NCBI GenBank assembly: GCA_030265395.1
Contig: JARFYF010000104.1
Location: 27,235,429 to 27,299,428, forward strand
Length of the DNA stretch: 64,000 bases
Source of the DNA: Rhina ancylostomus
Lineage: Eukaryota
Direction of reading: 5' to 3'
Positions 50,848 through 62,814 of this stretch are shown one piece after another. The stretch's first letter is position 1, and each line of letters opens with the position of its first letter. Below the pieces are notes generated by a model. It worked only from the letters and a program-made list of their open reading frames with translations, had not been told where the DNA came from and did no database searches. The position numbers and the translations under genes were made by a program.

Positions 50848-50990
50848 CAGAGTCAGAATCAGATGTATTATCACTGGCTTATATGACATGAAATTTGTTG
50901 TTTTGCTGCAGCACTACAGTTCAAAGGCATAACATTACAATAAATTACAAAAAAAAGTGCAAATAAAAAGGAATAATGAGGTAGTTTCCC
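50848..50990 (-). mobile_element. Rex/Babar-like 3' tail
   Basis: CAGAATCAGATGTATTATCACTGGCTTATATGACATGAAATTTGTTGTTTTGCTGCAGCA, reverse of the tail at ~3270-3325. Confidence 0.65.
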
Positions 50991-52231
50991 CTGGGTGGAG
51001 TGTAGCATGGTGGTGATACATCCTGGAACTCCCACTATCACAGACGAGGCAACAACTCCTGCTGTCAGAAACTGACTCTCTTTCTAAATATCTCTGATAA
51101 TCAGAGGTATTTTAGTTACATTTTTGTTTTAAATAATTATAAAAAGGTAAAATGATGAGAAAATAAATAATAAATGTATTTAAAACACATTAATCTACTG
51201 TTAATTAATTAAAAATGTAAATATACAATGAAATAATAAAAAGTGAGCTTAACTTTTTAATTAAGTTCAGCGACCCCATTGAAACGAATGGGGCTGTGCT
51301 AGATGTACTTACCATGGCTGGTGTAAAGCTGAGGAGCCAGATATGAAGTGTATCTGGACCCTGAGCTTAGTCATCAGGGCTTGTACCAGATTCACTGGGG
51401 AGTCCAGGGACTGACCGACAAGTTAGATGTGTCTGACTTCCAGTTCATTGCTTACTTCTGTACTGAAACACATAGGTGTAGATGTCTAGAATATACTGAA
51501 GCAGCACCACAGCTCTCCAGCAGCCTGCAATGTGATCCAACCCATTTTTTCCCTTCCTCTTACTGTTTACTATCGTTAACCAATTCATCATTGAGTTATA
51601 ATTGTTATTATAAATCTGTGATAGCAGCTTGATAATTGCATTCCTGATGTCATAATTCCCGTAGGATTTCCCAATTTAAGTCATAAAGACATCCGTGGTC
51701 TGTGGAGAAACTGCTGATTACATTACCCATATGGTCAAAATCTCACAACATTAAGCCATTTATTTTATGTAAATCTATGACAAATAATTAGCAAATGATC
51801 AACAATAGGAATCATTTTAATTCAAATTGCTATATTTTAATAACCATTTACAGCCTCAAACAATTTGAACATTTTATTCTTTTCCTAATAATAATTAGTA
51901 CAAAAATTCACTTTGGTAGCAACTGCAGATGTGGAAACACCAGAAATAAGCAGAGCCACCAGCTGCTGGTAAAACTCATGTAATCCTCTGTTTCAACCTG
52001 CAGCAGGAGGTTCATCACCTCCAACATACACTGAGCTCCAGATTTTTTTAGGCATTCTTTGGGCAGAAGTTAACTGCACAAAACAGCTTTAATGTCCTAA
52101 TGGTCAGATTTTGGACTCTCTCTGGAGACTCCTGGCTGTACTGCCTCATTAAGCTTATCACAATCCTTATCAAGGGGATCAAATATAGTTTCTGTTAAAG
52201 ATTTGAATGCATCATGCAATAAAACTTAAAC

Positions 52232-52360
52232 TATGGAGGCACAAGAGGCTGGAATCTGGAGCACAACTAAGATGCTGGAGGAGCTCAGTGGTTCAAACAG
52301 CATTGGTGGGGAGAAGTGGACAGTTAATGTTTTGGGTCGAGACTTTTCATCTGTCTGGGA
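52232..52360 (-). mobile_element. Penelope-like terminal fragment
   Basis: GCTGGAATCTGGAGC...GCTGGAGGAGCTCAG...TTTTGGGTCGAGACTTTTCATCTG, with a decayed hammerhead on the minus strand. Confidence 0.7.
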
Positions 52361-52454
52361 CTTAAACCCTACTCACACACAAGTTACCTTTCTTTTTTTT
52401 CTGGAAATGCCCTAATTTTAGTTACATGATCAAATTTAGGAGAAGTAAAACAAG

Positions 52455-52710
52455 AACATAAGAAAATAGGAGCAAGAGTAGGACACCAGGCCCCTCAAAC
52501 CTGCCCTGCCATTCAGTGTGATCATGGCTGATCTACACTGGCCTCAAGTCTTCTTTTTCCCTCACTTTTAAAAGAAAATATCTTCCTCCACCTGAAGTAT
52601 GTCAAATGATTACTCGGGTAGAGAATTCCAGAGATTCAGTATCCTCTCTGTAAAAAAAAATACTATCCATTTTAAGTGACCAGCCCCTTATCTTGTAACA
52701 ATGCCCCCAT
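52455..52710 (-). mobile_element. CR1 LINE 3' tail
   Basis: AACATAAGAAAATAGGAGCAAGAGTAGG...GATCATGGCTGATCT. Confidence 0.7.
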
Positions 52711-53009
52711 CAAAACTTTTCTGCTTCATCTTTGCAGATATTTAAGCGTTTTTTCTTTGGCATTGCAAGTTTTCTTTTCCAAGTGTTTGGGTAATGGTTT
52801 CTGTTGGTCAATGCACAGTGGGACATTCTGTTCACCCTGTTCACAATTTTATGTCCATTATGTCAATGGACTGTGGTCTGTGGCTAGGACTCTTGGTAGG
52901 TGGGCTCCTAGTGTACATGGGGAAGTTGGAAACGTAATCATTGATCCCAGTCCTTAATTCACATTTCTGTCTTCCCGATCAAAAACTCAATGTACTTAGG
53001 CTTTGAAAT

Positions 53010-53088
53010 TTTGTATGGATGGCATGCAAAGCAAGTTTTTCACTGTATCTTACTACATGTGACAATAATAAACCAATTACCAATTAAC
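53010..53088 (+). mobile_element. Rex/Babar-like 3' tail remnant
   Basis: TGGATGGCATGCAAAGC...ACATGTGACAATAATAAACCAATTACCAATT. Confidence 0.6.
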
Positions 53089-53194
53089 CTAACATTTTGA
53101 TTATCATAGGGAAAATGTGAATCTGCTGCTGTTCTGAAGTACTTATCAGTGATCGCCACTTAGTTTAGATCTATTGATTATACTGGCAAGGTTA

Positions 53195-53500
53195 TAGAAC
53201 ATAGAACAGTACAGCACAGGAACAGGTCCTTCGACCACCTTGTCAATGCTGACCCTGATGCCATTCTAACTAATCCCATCTGTCTGCACACGATCCCTAT
53301 CCCTCCATTCCCTGCCTGTTCATGTGTCTGTCTCAATGCCTCTTAAATGTTGCTATTGTATCTGGTTCCACCACCTCCCCTGGCAGCGTGTTCCAGGCAC
53401 CCATCACTCTCTGTCTTAAAAAACACTTACCCTGCACATCTCCTTTAAGTTTTCGCCCTCCCACCTTAAACTTAAGCCTTCTAGTGTTTGACATTTCCCC
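53195..53500 (-). mobile_element. CR1 LINE 3' end
   Basis: TAGAACATAGAACAGTACAGCACAGG...GGCAGCGTGTTCCAGGCACCCATCACTCTCTG (reversed QRVMGAWNTLP). Confidence 0.88.
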
Positions 53501-53756
53501 CGATTATACAATTACTACTTTTTAATTACAAGCTGGAAGTGCTGGTAATCAATTTACTATTTGAGGGTTTTGTTTGTGAGTTAAACTCACTCAATATGAT
53601 GATTTTAGGACCTTCGTGCTTGGGTGCATAAAATGGCTGAACAATATCAATACAGAGATGCCTGTATTATCTGCCATAGACAGGCAAATATCAATAATCA
53701 GAAATGAGTCAGGAAAGCCCCTATGCATTCATCCACATGGTATACATTTTTTAAAA

Positions 53757-54001
53757 TAAATTTTAAATTTTATTTATAGTGTAGTAACAGGCTCTTCTGG
53801 CCCAACGAGTCCACGCCGCCCGTTTTAAACCCATGTTAACCTACCCATACGTCTTTGGAATGTGGGAGGAAACCGGAGCACCCGGAGGAAATCCACGCAG
53901 ACATGGGAAAACATACAAACTCCTTACAGTGACGGGAATTGAACCCTGATCGCTGGCACTGTAATAGCATCACACTAACCGCTATGCTACCATGCTGCCC
54001 C
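53757..54001 (-). mobile_element. V-SINE, full length
   Basis: GGAATGTGGGAGGAAACCGGAGCACCCGGAGGAAATCCACGCAG...GGAATTGAACCC...GCTACCATGCTGCCC. Confidence 0.9.
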
Positions 54002-54869
54002 TAAATTTTCTTTTTTTTCTTAATTTTCCTAATTTTCTTTTGAGCAATGATGGAGAAATGAAGATCTACACAACAAAATACTTGTTACGTGACAAGACTG
54101 CTGAAATTAAAATTTTTCTGTACATCAGATTTCTCCTAAAGTGTTCAAAGGGTTAACAAAGCCACCATGCAGTGAGTGCAGTGTCAAAATATTGTCAGAT
54201 TTGAAAAGAATAGCCTTGCTGGCAAACTTGGATTTGCACATGTACCAGTTGACATTCCTGGAACTGTTTCTGCAAGTTCAGTTTGAATCTGAACTATGAT
54301 GTGCTATAATGGTTTTCAAAAGCGATAAGGCAGATAAAGACATTGTGTATTGATGCAGATCCATCTCATAGAAGAAGAATTGAGACTAAACTCATATTGT
54401 GAACCTTAGGTGACTGAAAAGATGTGTGTTTTTTAGCTTGTGAAATTTAGTGCATGCGAGTCATGAATTGATTTTATACGTTCCTATTTGTAATTAGTTC
54501 CTCTTTTTTTCATTGGATTATGGCATGATCTATAGTTCAAAAAGATTGATTTAATCGCAGTTCTGTACTTTACAGTGCAATGCCCAGTGAACCAAACATT
54601 TTTATGTGTAGTTGATGTAACATACACAATTCTTTTGAGAACAAGTGTGGATCATTAATCCAAAACATAGACAATCCATGTAACAAAATTAGATTTTGTT
54701 TGCTTATTTTTTGAGGTAGTTCAGTGCCTGTCTGAACTTCTGTGCATACTTTACTCATTCACATTTAGTACTTTTCAAATCAGAAGTCAATTGCTGAAAA
54801 GGCATTGGACTGTTTGAAAGAATAAAATTTGGATTCAGTATTGTACCAAAGGTTGTAATGTAGGAACCA

Positions 54870-55012
54870 ATACATTTAAGACTTGAATCGCCAAGGCATA
54901 GAAGGCTAAGGACCAAATGCGGATAAATGGGAATAGTGTAGATGGGTACTGGATGGTCAGTATGTATAGGAGGGGCCAGAGGGTTTGTTTCTGTGCTCTA
55001 TGACTTTGTGAC
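54870..55012 (+). mobile_element. CR1 3' tail remnant
   Basis: GGCATAGAAGGCT...GGGCCAGAGGGTTTGTTTCTGTGCTCTATGACTTTGTGACTC. Confidence 0.65.
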
Positions 55013-55614
55013 TCGAAGAAATGGCTAATTATTTTGTCTGGTTTGGCCTCTAAGTAAAAATCCAGGTTTTTCAGTTTTTCGATTTGGAAAGTTACCTTAC
55101 AGTTTTAAAAAGAGATGGGTAAATCAGACAATTCTGAGTGGATTCATCATCTATTGTACATCTTGATATCCATTGGCATTTTCTTGCTAATAATGGAAAC
55201 ACAATTGCACTAATTGTTTCCTTGTCCAGAAATGCTTCATTAAATGTTATCATTAAGGGGATATTTTGTTTTGGTTTGACTTCAGGAGTTTACGTTTTAG
55301 TATGGGGGCTCCGGCCTGCAGGTGAGTGTTCAGGCCACAGCTAACACCCAGTAATTTGTCCTCAGGAAAATGCTAGACAACAAACTTCCTCACCCTCAGG
55401 AGAGAGGCTGACAGGACTTCAAACTGCTTGCAGCTCAGGCTGGAAATAGTGAGCACAGGAGTTAAATTTGTGTTCTCCTGTGCCACACAATCCCAGGTGT
55501 GATCATGTAAGCACTCCACGCCACCTATCACAATACCAACATGTGATTGGTGTAAGTATTGGCTGGCAGGGTGCATGGTGGAGATGTTTGTTGATAAGGT
55601 GTTTCACCAAGGTC

Positions 55615-55880
55615 TCTTGGCTGGACATACAACAGCCCACCATCTTGTTCAAAAGGAACAGTGGAGCTTCCCCCATCTCTAGTCAATTGTTCTCTTTCAG
55701 TCAACAGACTAAGTACAGATTCTCACAGATTCCACTGCTGTGTGTGTGATTTGCCGTGCAGAAGTTGGGTCCCGTGTTCCCCAGGTACAAGTCTGATCCT
55801 CTCCAGTACTTCATTGGCTGTGCTTCAGGTTGACACGAGGTTGCTATAGGCATTATACAAATGCAAATTCACTCCCTTCT
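55615..55880 (+). mobile_element. Deu-domain SINE (SacSINE1-like)
   Basis: TTGCCGTGCAGAAGTTGG...AGTACTTCATTGGCTGTG...GCATTATACAAATGCAAATT. Confidence 0.6.
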
Positions 55881-56549
55881 TTAAATCTATCCTATTCAAA
55901 TAACCATTGTGAAAATGATTATTTTCATGCATTGCTGGTTAATTAATCAATGTTTAAGTGCCAGTAGATCTTATTTTGTATGGTTGTTGTCACAGTCAGT
56001 TCATTATTAACTTGTGAAAGTGGAGGCTTTCTGTGGCTTCAGGGTTATCACAACATGAAGAGTTTTCAAATACATGGACTTCCTCTGGTTTCTGTCCCAA
56101 CTCGATGAAAGATTCGGGCAGATTTGCTGATTATACAGCTGAAAATGTGTGATAATGGAAAGTTGTTGGTTTATGGCAGTTGGATAGTTCTGAAGAGTTG
56201 GCTGAGAGTGCTGGTCCTGGAGTGCTCCATCTTAAAGACATTAATAAAGCAGAGAGTCTGAATGAGACAGATAGTGCGCGATTCTAATGGCTGCTACAGT
56301 AGTATTAGTAGTAATTGCATCTCATTTTTACTGAGCCAAATACATCAACAAGCAGATTCTCTGAAGGTGGGTGCAAGATTAAGTAGAAGCTTAAGAATAG
56401 AAATAGCACACATTAGTATCCATTTTTCATTCACAAATTGTACATAACAGCAATTATACAGGGTTGAATCACACTAGTGATCATTTCAAAGTGAAATCAC
56501 ACTCATGGGGAAATTTTCCTGGGTATTTCTGCATGCAGTTCACTTTGGT

Positions 56550-56670
56550 GTGACTGATATCGTCAGTGTGACTGATATTGTCAGTGTGACCTACATCGTC
56601 AGTGTGACTGACGTTGTCACTATGACTGACTTTGTTAGTCTGACCTTCATTGTTACTGTGACTGATGTTG
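56550..56670 (+). repeat. 18-bp minisatellite, ~6.7 copies
   Basis: GTGACTGATATCGTCAGT and variants; gives the spurious (VTDIVS)n ORF 56505..56702. Confidence 0.9.
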
Positions 56671-57049
56671 CACTAACATCCAATGCATACCCATTACTGT
56701 AACAAGTCAGATACTACACACTTCCTCCTTAACTGAGATAAATGGAGCTTTTGGGTACAACCACAGCCATTAATGGACACCAAGACTGACAATGTGACAT
56801 CATTTGCAGGGTCTCCACTCTGATCTTGATGTCCTGTCCCAGCGTCTGATAGCTTCAGTAGTTAGTACTCAGGGAAATGGAAAGCTCATTAACAGTTGTC
56901 CCTTCCCTCTCACAGTCCATTTTAAAACTCACCTCAGAGCTACCTACTGCAGTCTCTGTCCCCTTGGTGATCCTCAAGCTCACATAGAGTGGGCCACTCA
57001 TGGCACGTGATTGAATCAGGGTAGATTGTCATGTATGGATAGGGTTAGA

Positions 57050-57377
57050 TCATAGAACATGGAACAGTACACCACAGGAACAGGCTCTTAGGCCCACGAT
57101 GTCTGCACTGAGTATGATGCCGAATTAAACTAAATCTCTTCTGCCTGTATATGATCCATATCCCTCCATTCCTTGCCTCTTCATGTGTCTATCGAACAGC
57201 TTCTTAAATGCCACGATCACATCTGCCTCCACCACCATCCCTGGCAGCCTGTTCCAAGCACCTACCATTCTCTGTGTAAAAAAAAAACACCCTTCAAATC
57301 TCCTTTAAACCTTCCCCCTCTCACTTTAAATGCATGTCCTCTAGTATTTCACATTTCTACCCTGGGAAAAAGAGATT
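57050..57377 (-). mobile_element. CR1 LINE 3' end
   Basis: CATAGAACATGGAACAGTAC...GTTCCAAGCACCTACCATTCTCTGTGTAAAA...CTACCCTGGGAAAAAGA. Confidence 0.85.
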
Positions 57378-57549
57378 CTTTTCCAGGGTTGCCAAGTTCC
57401 TTCTCCCAAATATCTTCCCTTACCTCCATAACAATCTGTTATGTAGTTGCCCTGATTTGGGAAGATACCTTGTGATCTAACCACTGCTCCCAAGCTGGCA
57501 GAGACTTGGCAATTGCAAACTTCTCACGGTTCCCGACAGGAACCACACA

Positions 57550-57630
57550 GTGCTGCCTGGTCTGCTGGGTTCCTCCAGCATCATCGTGTTTTTCATCTAG
57601 ATTCCAGCATCTGCAGTCCCTCGTTTCTCT
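57550..57630 (+). mobile_element. Penelope-like extreme 3' fragment
   Basis: TGCTGCCTGGTCTGCTGGGTTCCTCCAGCATCATCGTGTTTTTCATCTAGATTCCAGCATCTGCAGTC. Confidence 0.75.
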
Positions 57631-58753
57631 GCTGGTTACTTTAAATCCTGTTATGGTCAATTTCACAAATTGTGCTGGATCTGAATAGCCATTAGGACTG
57701 TACATAGCAAATGTTTAGTACATCAACAGAATTCTTGACATTAGACTTATTACCATGTAAGTATTTTTGTTTCTTTTTGGACTGAAATAGACTAAAGAGA
57801 ATACAAGCCTTCACTGAATGAATCGAGGGGAGAGATTTGGAGTTTATCCCTTGCTTGTGTTTTACAAAGCTGTTTTATATGGCAGAATTCTTGCATTCTC
57901 TGTCCAACAGGGATAAAGACTTTGTACTTCATGGGGCTGACCATAAAACAATCTCTCACTCAATGCCACCAGCAAGAGGCCTGTGCCATTTTGGAGGTCA
58001 GACCTCATTTGCTGCACTCAGCTTCTGTGTGTTCCAGCTGTGGCTCACTCCTTCATCCTGATTGTGGCTGAACAAGTCACCATCAGTCAAGTTTCTTGCA
58101 CTTGGGCCTCAAAGAACCTTTCTGTTTTAGAAACAGTTAAAGCGTCTACTCTTATTGTTAGGACACAGTGTGAGTAGCTCCCCAGTGCCCAGCTGACAAT
58201 CTGTCTCATGATCTTGAAGGACAGTACAGCAAGCGGGTACATTTTGACTCTGTGGTACAAATGCGACAGTTGTAAGTGACAGATGTTGGTCAGCCATAAA
58301 GTACAAAGTCCATGTTAAAGGTTGGCAGTTTTGAAGTGCAAATATTGACTGAGATGACATGGGGAACTCAGCATTGAACACTGCTGTCAAGTCCACCGCC
58401 AATCACTATGGACATTTCCCTCCACCAGTGCCAGCAAGAACAGAATTTTAGCCAATGCAGGTGTGATTGTGGAAGTCTTGGACTTACTGTTATCTATCTG
58501 AGGGGATCCCTTTGTCTGCTCTCTGATACTGGAGTCTGTTCTGAAGTAGGTGCAATACCCACCCCACAGCTGTTGGTGGGGGATCTGTGCGAGAAATCTG
58601 TTCTAGGATGGATTTGGCTCAGGGACTTCCTCTCCATTGGTCTCAGGAGAGGAGAAAGTCTGCACCGGGATGAGGGAAGTGTTAATATAATCAGATTTTT
58701 TTTTACATTGTTTGAAGTAATTTAAATGTTGCATGTCTTTTTTTTGTTGTTGG

Positions 58754-58880
58754 AGTCATAGGGTCATACAGCACAGAGAGCAAGTCCTTCGGCCCAACTC
58801 GTCCATACCAAACAAGTTGCCTAACTGAGCTAGCCCATTTGCCTGCATTTGGCCCATATCCCTCTAAACCTTTGCTATAC
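58754..58880 (-). mobile_element. CR1 3' tail remnant
   Basis: GAGTCATAGGGTCATACAGCACAG...CCATTTGCCTGCATTTGGCCCATATCCCTCTAAACC. Confidence 0.75.
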
Positions 58881-59124
58881 TTTTACCATATTACGTGGAG
58901 TATTTATAATAACAAAATAACTTCAAAAATTTGGGAGCATTTGAAGCATTCAGAAGCTTGATAGCTTTGTTAGTTAAGATTGAAGTGGTCAAAGACTTTT
59001 CTCCTGTGTTAGTGGAGCAAACTTGTTCAGGCCTCCCCAGGTAATGTCATTCCTGTTACAGAAGACCCCATTGCTGGGCAGACCCCAGTGGTGAGGATGG
59101 AGCTGTTTTCTTTCAGAAGTCACA

Positions 59125-59600
59125 TTAAGTCAAGTCATGTGCACAAGTATGGTGAGCTACTGGTGCAATGAAAAACTTGCTTCAGCAGCATCACAGGCAT
59201 TGTAGATTCAGATAACAAGCAGACCATAAATATACTTAAATTATGCCAGGCAATGAAGGAAAAAAGACTGCAAAACAAGATATTAGTGTAAAACAAACAC
59301 AAGTCCATGGTAGTGCAAGAGGTGGTCCACAGTGTTTCACTGTTAAGGTCAGGTTAGGGTTGTGCAGGTCGGTTCAAGAAACTGATGATTGTAGGAAAGT
59401 AGCTGTTCCTGAACCTGGTGGTGTGGGACTTCAGGCTTCTGTACCTCCTGCTTGAAGGTAGCGGTAAGAAGAGGGCATGATTCGGATGGTGGGAATCCTT
59501 GATGATAGATGCTGCCTTCTTGAGGCTGCGCCTGCTGTAGATGCTGTCGATGGTGGGGAGGACTGTACCCATGATGGACTGGGCTGTGTCCACTACTCCC
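59125..59600 (-). mobile_element. Rex1/Babar-like LINE 3' end
   Basis: ORF 59354..59593(-) AQSIMGTVLPTID...KAASIIKDSHHPNHALFLPLPSSRRYRSLKSHTTRFRNSYFPT. Confidence 0.9.
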
Positions 59601-59769
59601 TTCTCCCACTAATGGAACTTTGCCAGATAAATGGAAACTTTTATTGCCAGTCACCACTGATTACAAATGCTGGTGCAAAATGGTAAGGCTCTCCTTGTTC
59701 CATTGCCGAGAGGGATTGTTTTGCTGGCATTTCCATCATTGTTAAGGATCTGGTATAAGTTGTTAACTT

Positions 59770-60242
59770 TTGAACTTCTTTTTATCTGAGGAAGAATGTT
59801 CCTACAAAGGATACAGCTCAGCAAAGGTTCACCAGCCTGATTCCTGGCATGGCAACACTGATGGAAGAAGAGAGATAGGTTTAATTGAACTTCTCTTCAC
59901 TAGAGCTTAGAAGGAAGAGAGAGGATCCCAGACAAATTGACAACATTATAACAGGACCAGATAGACAAGATCCAGGGTAGAAGTTCCCAATGGCTAGTGA
60001 GCCCAGAACCAGTGGTCCCTCCACAGGATACAGGTTGTGTCACTCAGAACCAGCATTAGGAGAAATTCCTTCACCCGGGGCATGTTGAACCCATGGAATT
60101 CTCTACCACTGAATGCAGTGGAGTCATTAAACATATTCAAGAAATGCTGAATGGATTAAGGGATACAGAGAGGGTGAAAGCTGGAACTTGAAGGATCAAC
60201 CATGAGAATGGGAACAGGTGAAAGGGCTGAATGGCTTAGCCT
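59770..60242 (+). mobile_element. CR1 LINE 3' end
   Basis: CAGCAAAGGTTCACCAGCCTGATTCCTGGCATG (QQRFTSLIPGM); TGGAATTCTCTACC (WNSLP); GGGCTGAATGGC tail. Confidence 0.75.
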
Positions 60243-61599
60243 NNNNNNNNNNNNNNNNNNNNNNNNNNNNNNNNNNNNNNNNNNNNNNNNNNNNNNNNNN
60301 NNNNNNNNNNNNNNNNNNNNNNNNNNNNNNNNNNNNNNNNNNNNNNNNNNNNNNNNNNNNNNNNNNNNNNNNNNNNNNNNNNNNNNNNNNNNNNNNNNNN
60401 NNNNNNNNNNNNNNNNNNNNNNNNNNNNNNNNNNNNNNNNNNNNNNNNNNNNNNNNNNNNNNNNNNNNNNNNNNNNNNNNNNNNNNNNNNNNNNNNNNNN
60501 NNNNNNNNNNNNNNNNNNNNNNNNNNNNNNNNNNNNNNNNNNNNNNNNNNNNNNNNNNNNNNNNNNNNNNNNNNNNNNNNNNNNNNNNNNNNNNNNNNNN
60601 NNNNNNNNNNNNNNNNNNNNNNNNNNNNNNNNNNNNNNNNNNNNNNNNNNNNNNNNNNNNNNNNNNNNNNNNNNNNNNNNNNNNNNNNNNNNNNNNNNNN
60701 NNNNNNNNNNNNNNNNNNNNNNNNNNNNNNNNNNAAAACAACCACCTTTCCAAAGAGTGGGCGCACCAAGTGCTGCAACTCCTTGCTCTGTGTGCTCATG
60801 GAAACCATGCATGACAAACAGTGAGTATTAAAATGTGCTGGTCTTGGTGCAAGATACTGCCCCGACATTCAACAGCCCTGTAGCCCTTTAGATTTTACCT
60901 TTCACTCAATAAGATTGTGTACCTGTTTATAAAGGGGCGGCTTGCTGCATTCAGATTAAACATCTTTCTTCTCCACTCCCCAACCCTAACTCATTCACCA
61001 CAAACTGCTCCAAAGTCCCAGGTGATATAGTAATTTATTTCACTCAATTGATCTCAGTGTTTAATTGTGCTAATTAGAAATCTATCAGTCTCTGTGGTCC
61101 AAGTGCTGCATTTGGGTTGAAAGCAGAACTGTTGGTGTTGTTAAACAATGAACTTGAAAGGGAAGAGACTGTGCTGCACAGTTAATTGTGGAAACCCAAA
61201 GCTGATATGTTAGATATTGTGCCCCACTCCAGGACACACTGTTTGGCAATCTCCACAATGATGCTGAGAAATTGGACAACAATTTCAATTATTTACAAAA
61301 TATTCTCCTTGTAAAATATGATAAAAATTTTGCATGTTGTGGGTTTTTGTAGTTTACTAAACTGTAATTACTGCTTGACAACCTCCCTGGCCTTATGGAA
61401 TGAACTTTACAAATGTGGATTGTAATTCCTTCAGTTACAGTTTCATAACAACTGAATTTACAACAATAAAACTGGCTGGGCCAAGCCTTCCTGGTAAGTA
61501 CTGGTAGTTGTGTGGTAAGCTGCTTGTATTGATCCCTGTATATGGGCTTTGGGGGCAGGGCTAGAACTTGCTGAGATCCCCCAACAGTTCTCTTCTCAG

Positions 61600-62785
61600 G
61601 CAATCCCTTAGAGTTGATGACAACCTGCTTCTCCTCCTGTGGTTTGGGAGTTGACTGATGGGGCTTCTGCTGAAACAACAGGTTGTACGGGGTGAGTTTG
61701 AAGAGGCAGTGGGTGGGTTTTTATAAGGAAGTTCTGTACTGCTTTGGCTTTTTCACTGGGCCCTGCTGAAGGGACTTGAGGTGCTCAGCACTTTCCTGGG
61801 CCCCCCTTCACTTTGATCACTCATGATTTGGGGATTCCCATGGGTTAACAAGGACCTTTTGTTGAAGGGGCTTTGAGAATGTCTTTGAAACAATTTATCT
61901 GTCCTGGAACCTTCTTGATATGACAGACCTTGGAGTGGAGGATCTGCATTAGCAGTATGCTGTGGGGCACATGGATGATATGATTCATCCACTGAAGATA
62001 CAGTGCAGAAACAGGCCCTTCGGCCCATTANNNNNNNNNNNNNNNNNNNNNNNNNNNNNNNNNNNNNNTTTTCTTATCCTCCTCACATTCCCGTCAACTC
62101 CCCCCCCCCCCCCCCAGACTCTAGCAGTCACCTACACACCAGGGCCAATTTACAGCAGCCAATTAACCTACCAACCTTCACGTCTTTGGGAGGTGTGAGA
62201 GAACCGGAGCACCCAGAGGAAACCTACGTGGTCACAAGGAGAATGTGAAAACTCCCCACAGACAGTGGCAGAGGTCCAGATTGAACCTGGGTTGCTGGCA
62301 CCGTGAGGCAGCAAATCTACTCACTGAGCCGTTGTGCCACACATATCATTTGAGCAGAGTGTAGTTGGGGCTTTGTTTCTGAGGATCTGCCCTGTCAGAG
62401 GACATTGACGTTGGTTCATTTACCCTGCCAATTGATTGTGAGGGTTTTGCAGAGAGGGCATTGGTGGTATCTCTCCAGTCGACCGAGGTGTGTGTTGTCG
62501 GTCGTCCAAGTCTGAAGACGGCAGAAGTCACAGCTGCCCGATGGACTATGACTTGGGAGCAAGTTTCCAGCTTTAGCTATGTTTATTCTTATTCTTTCAT
62601 CAAAGATGTAGCTGAAATGTAGCTAGTGAGCTTTGTGCTTGGATTGAGGTCTTGATCTTCAAAACCTTTTCCCTCAAGCAGCCAATGTATTGATGCAAAG
62701 AAGTGGTGGTGACTTTCCCCATTGATGATTACCACCCTCACGCAAGAGGAGGCTCCTGAGATAGGGAAAGTGATCCACATTCGTC
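61600..62785 (-). mobile_element. RTE-type LINE, degenerate, split by a V-SINE
   Basis: Minus-strand peptides NVDHFPYL.SLL, ERYHQC.L.K.L.I.WQ and FKDILKA typical of the RTE RT C-terminus. Confidence 0.7.
61995..62341 (-). mobile_element. V-SINE inserted in the RTE
   Basis: CGTCTTTGGGAGGTG...CCGGAGCACCCAGAGGAAACC...ATTGAACCTGGG...TGTGCCAC. Confidence 0.85.
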
Positions 62786-62814
62786 ATGGCTCTGTGGTGA
62801 ATCTTTATTATCAG

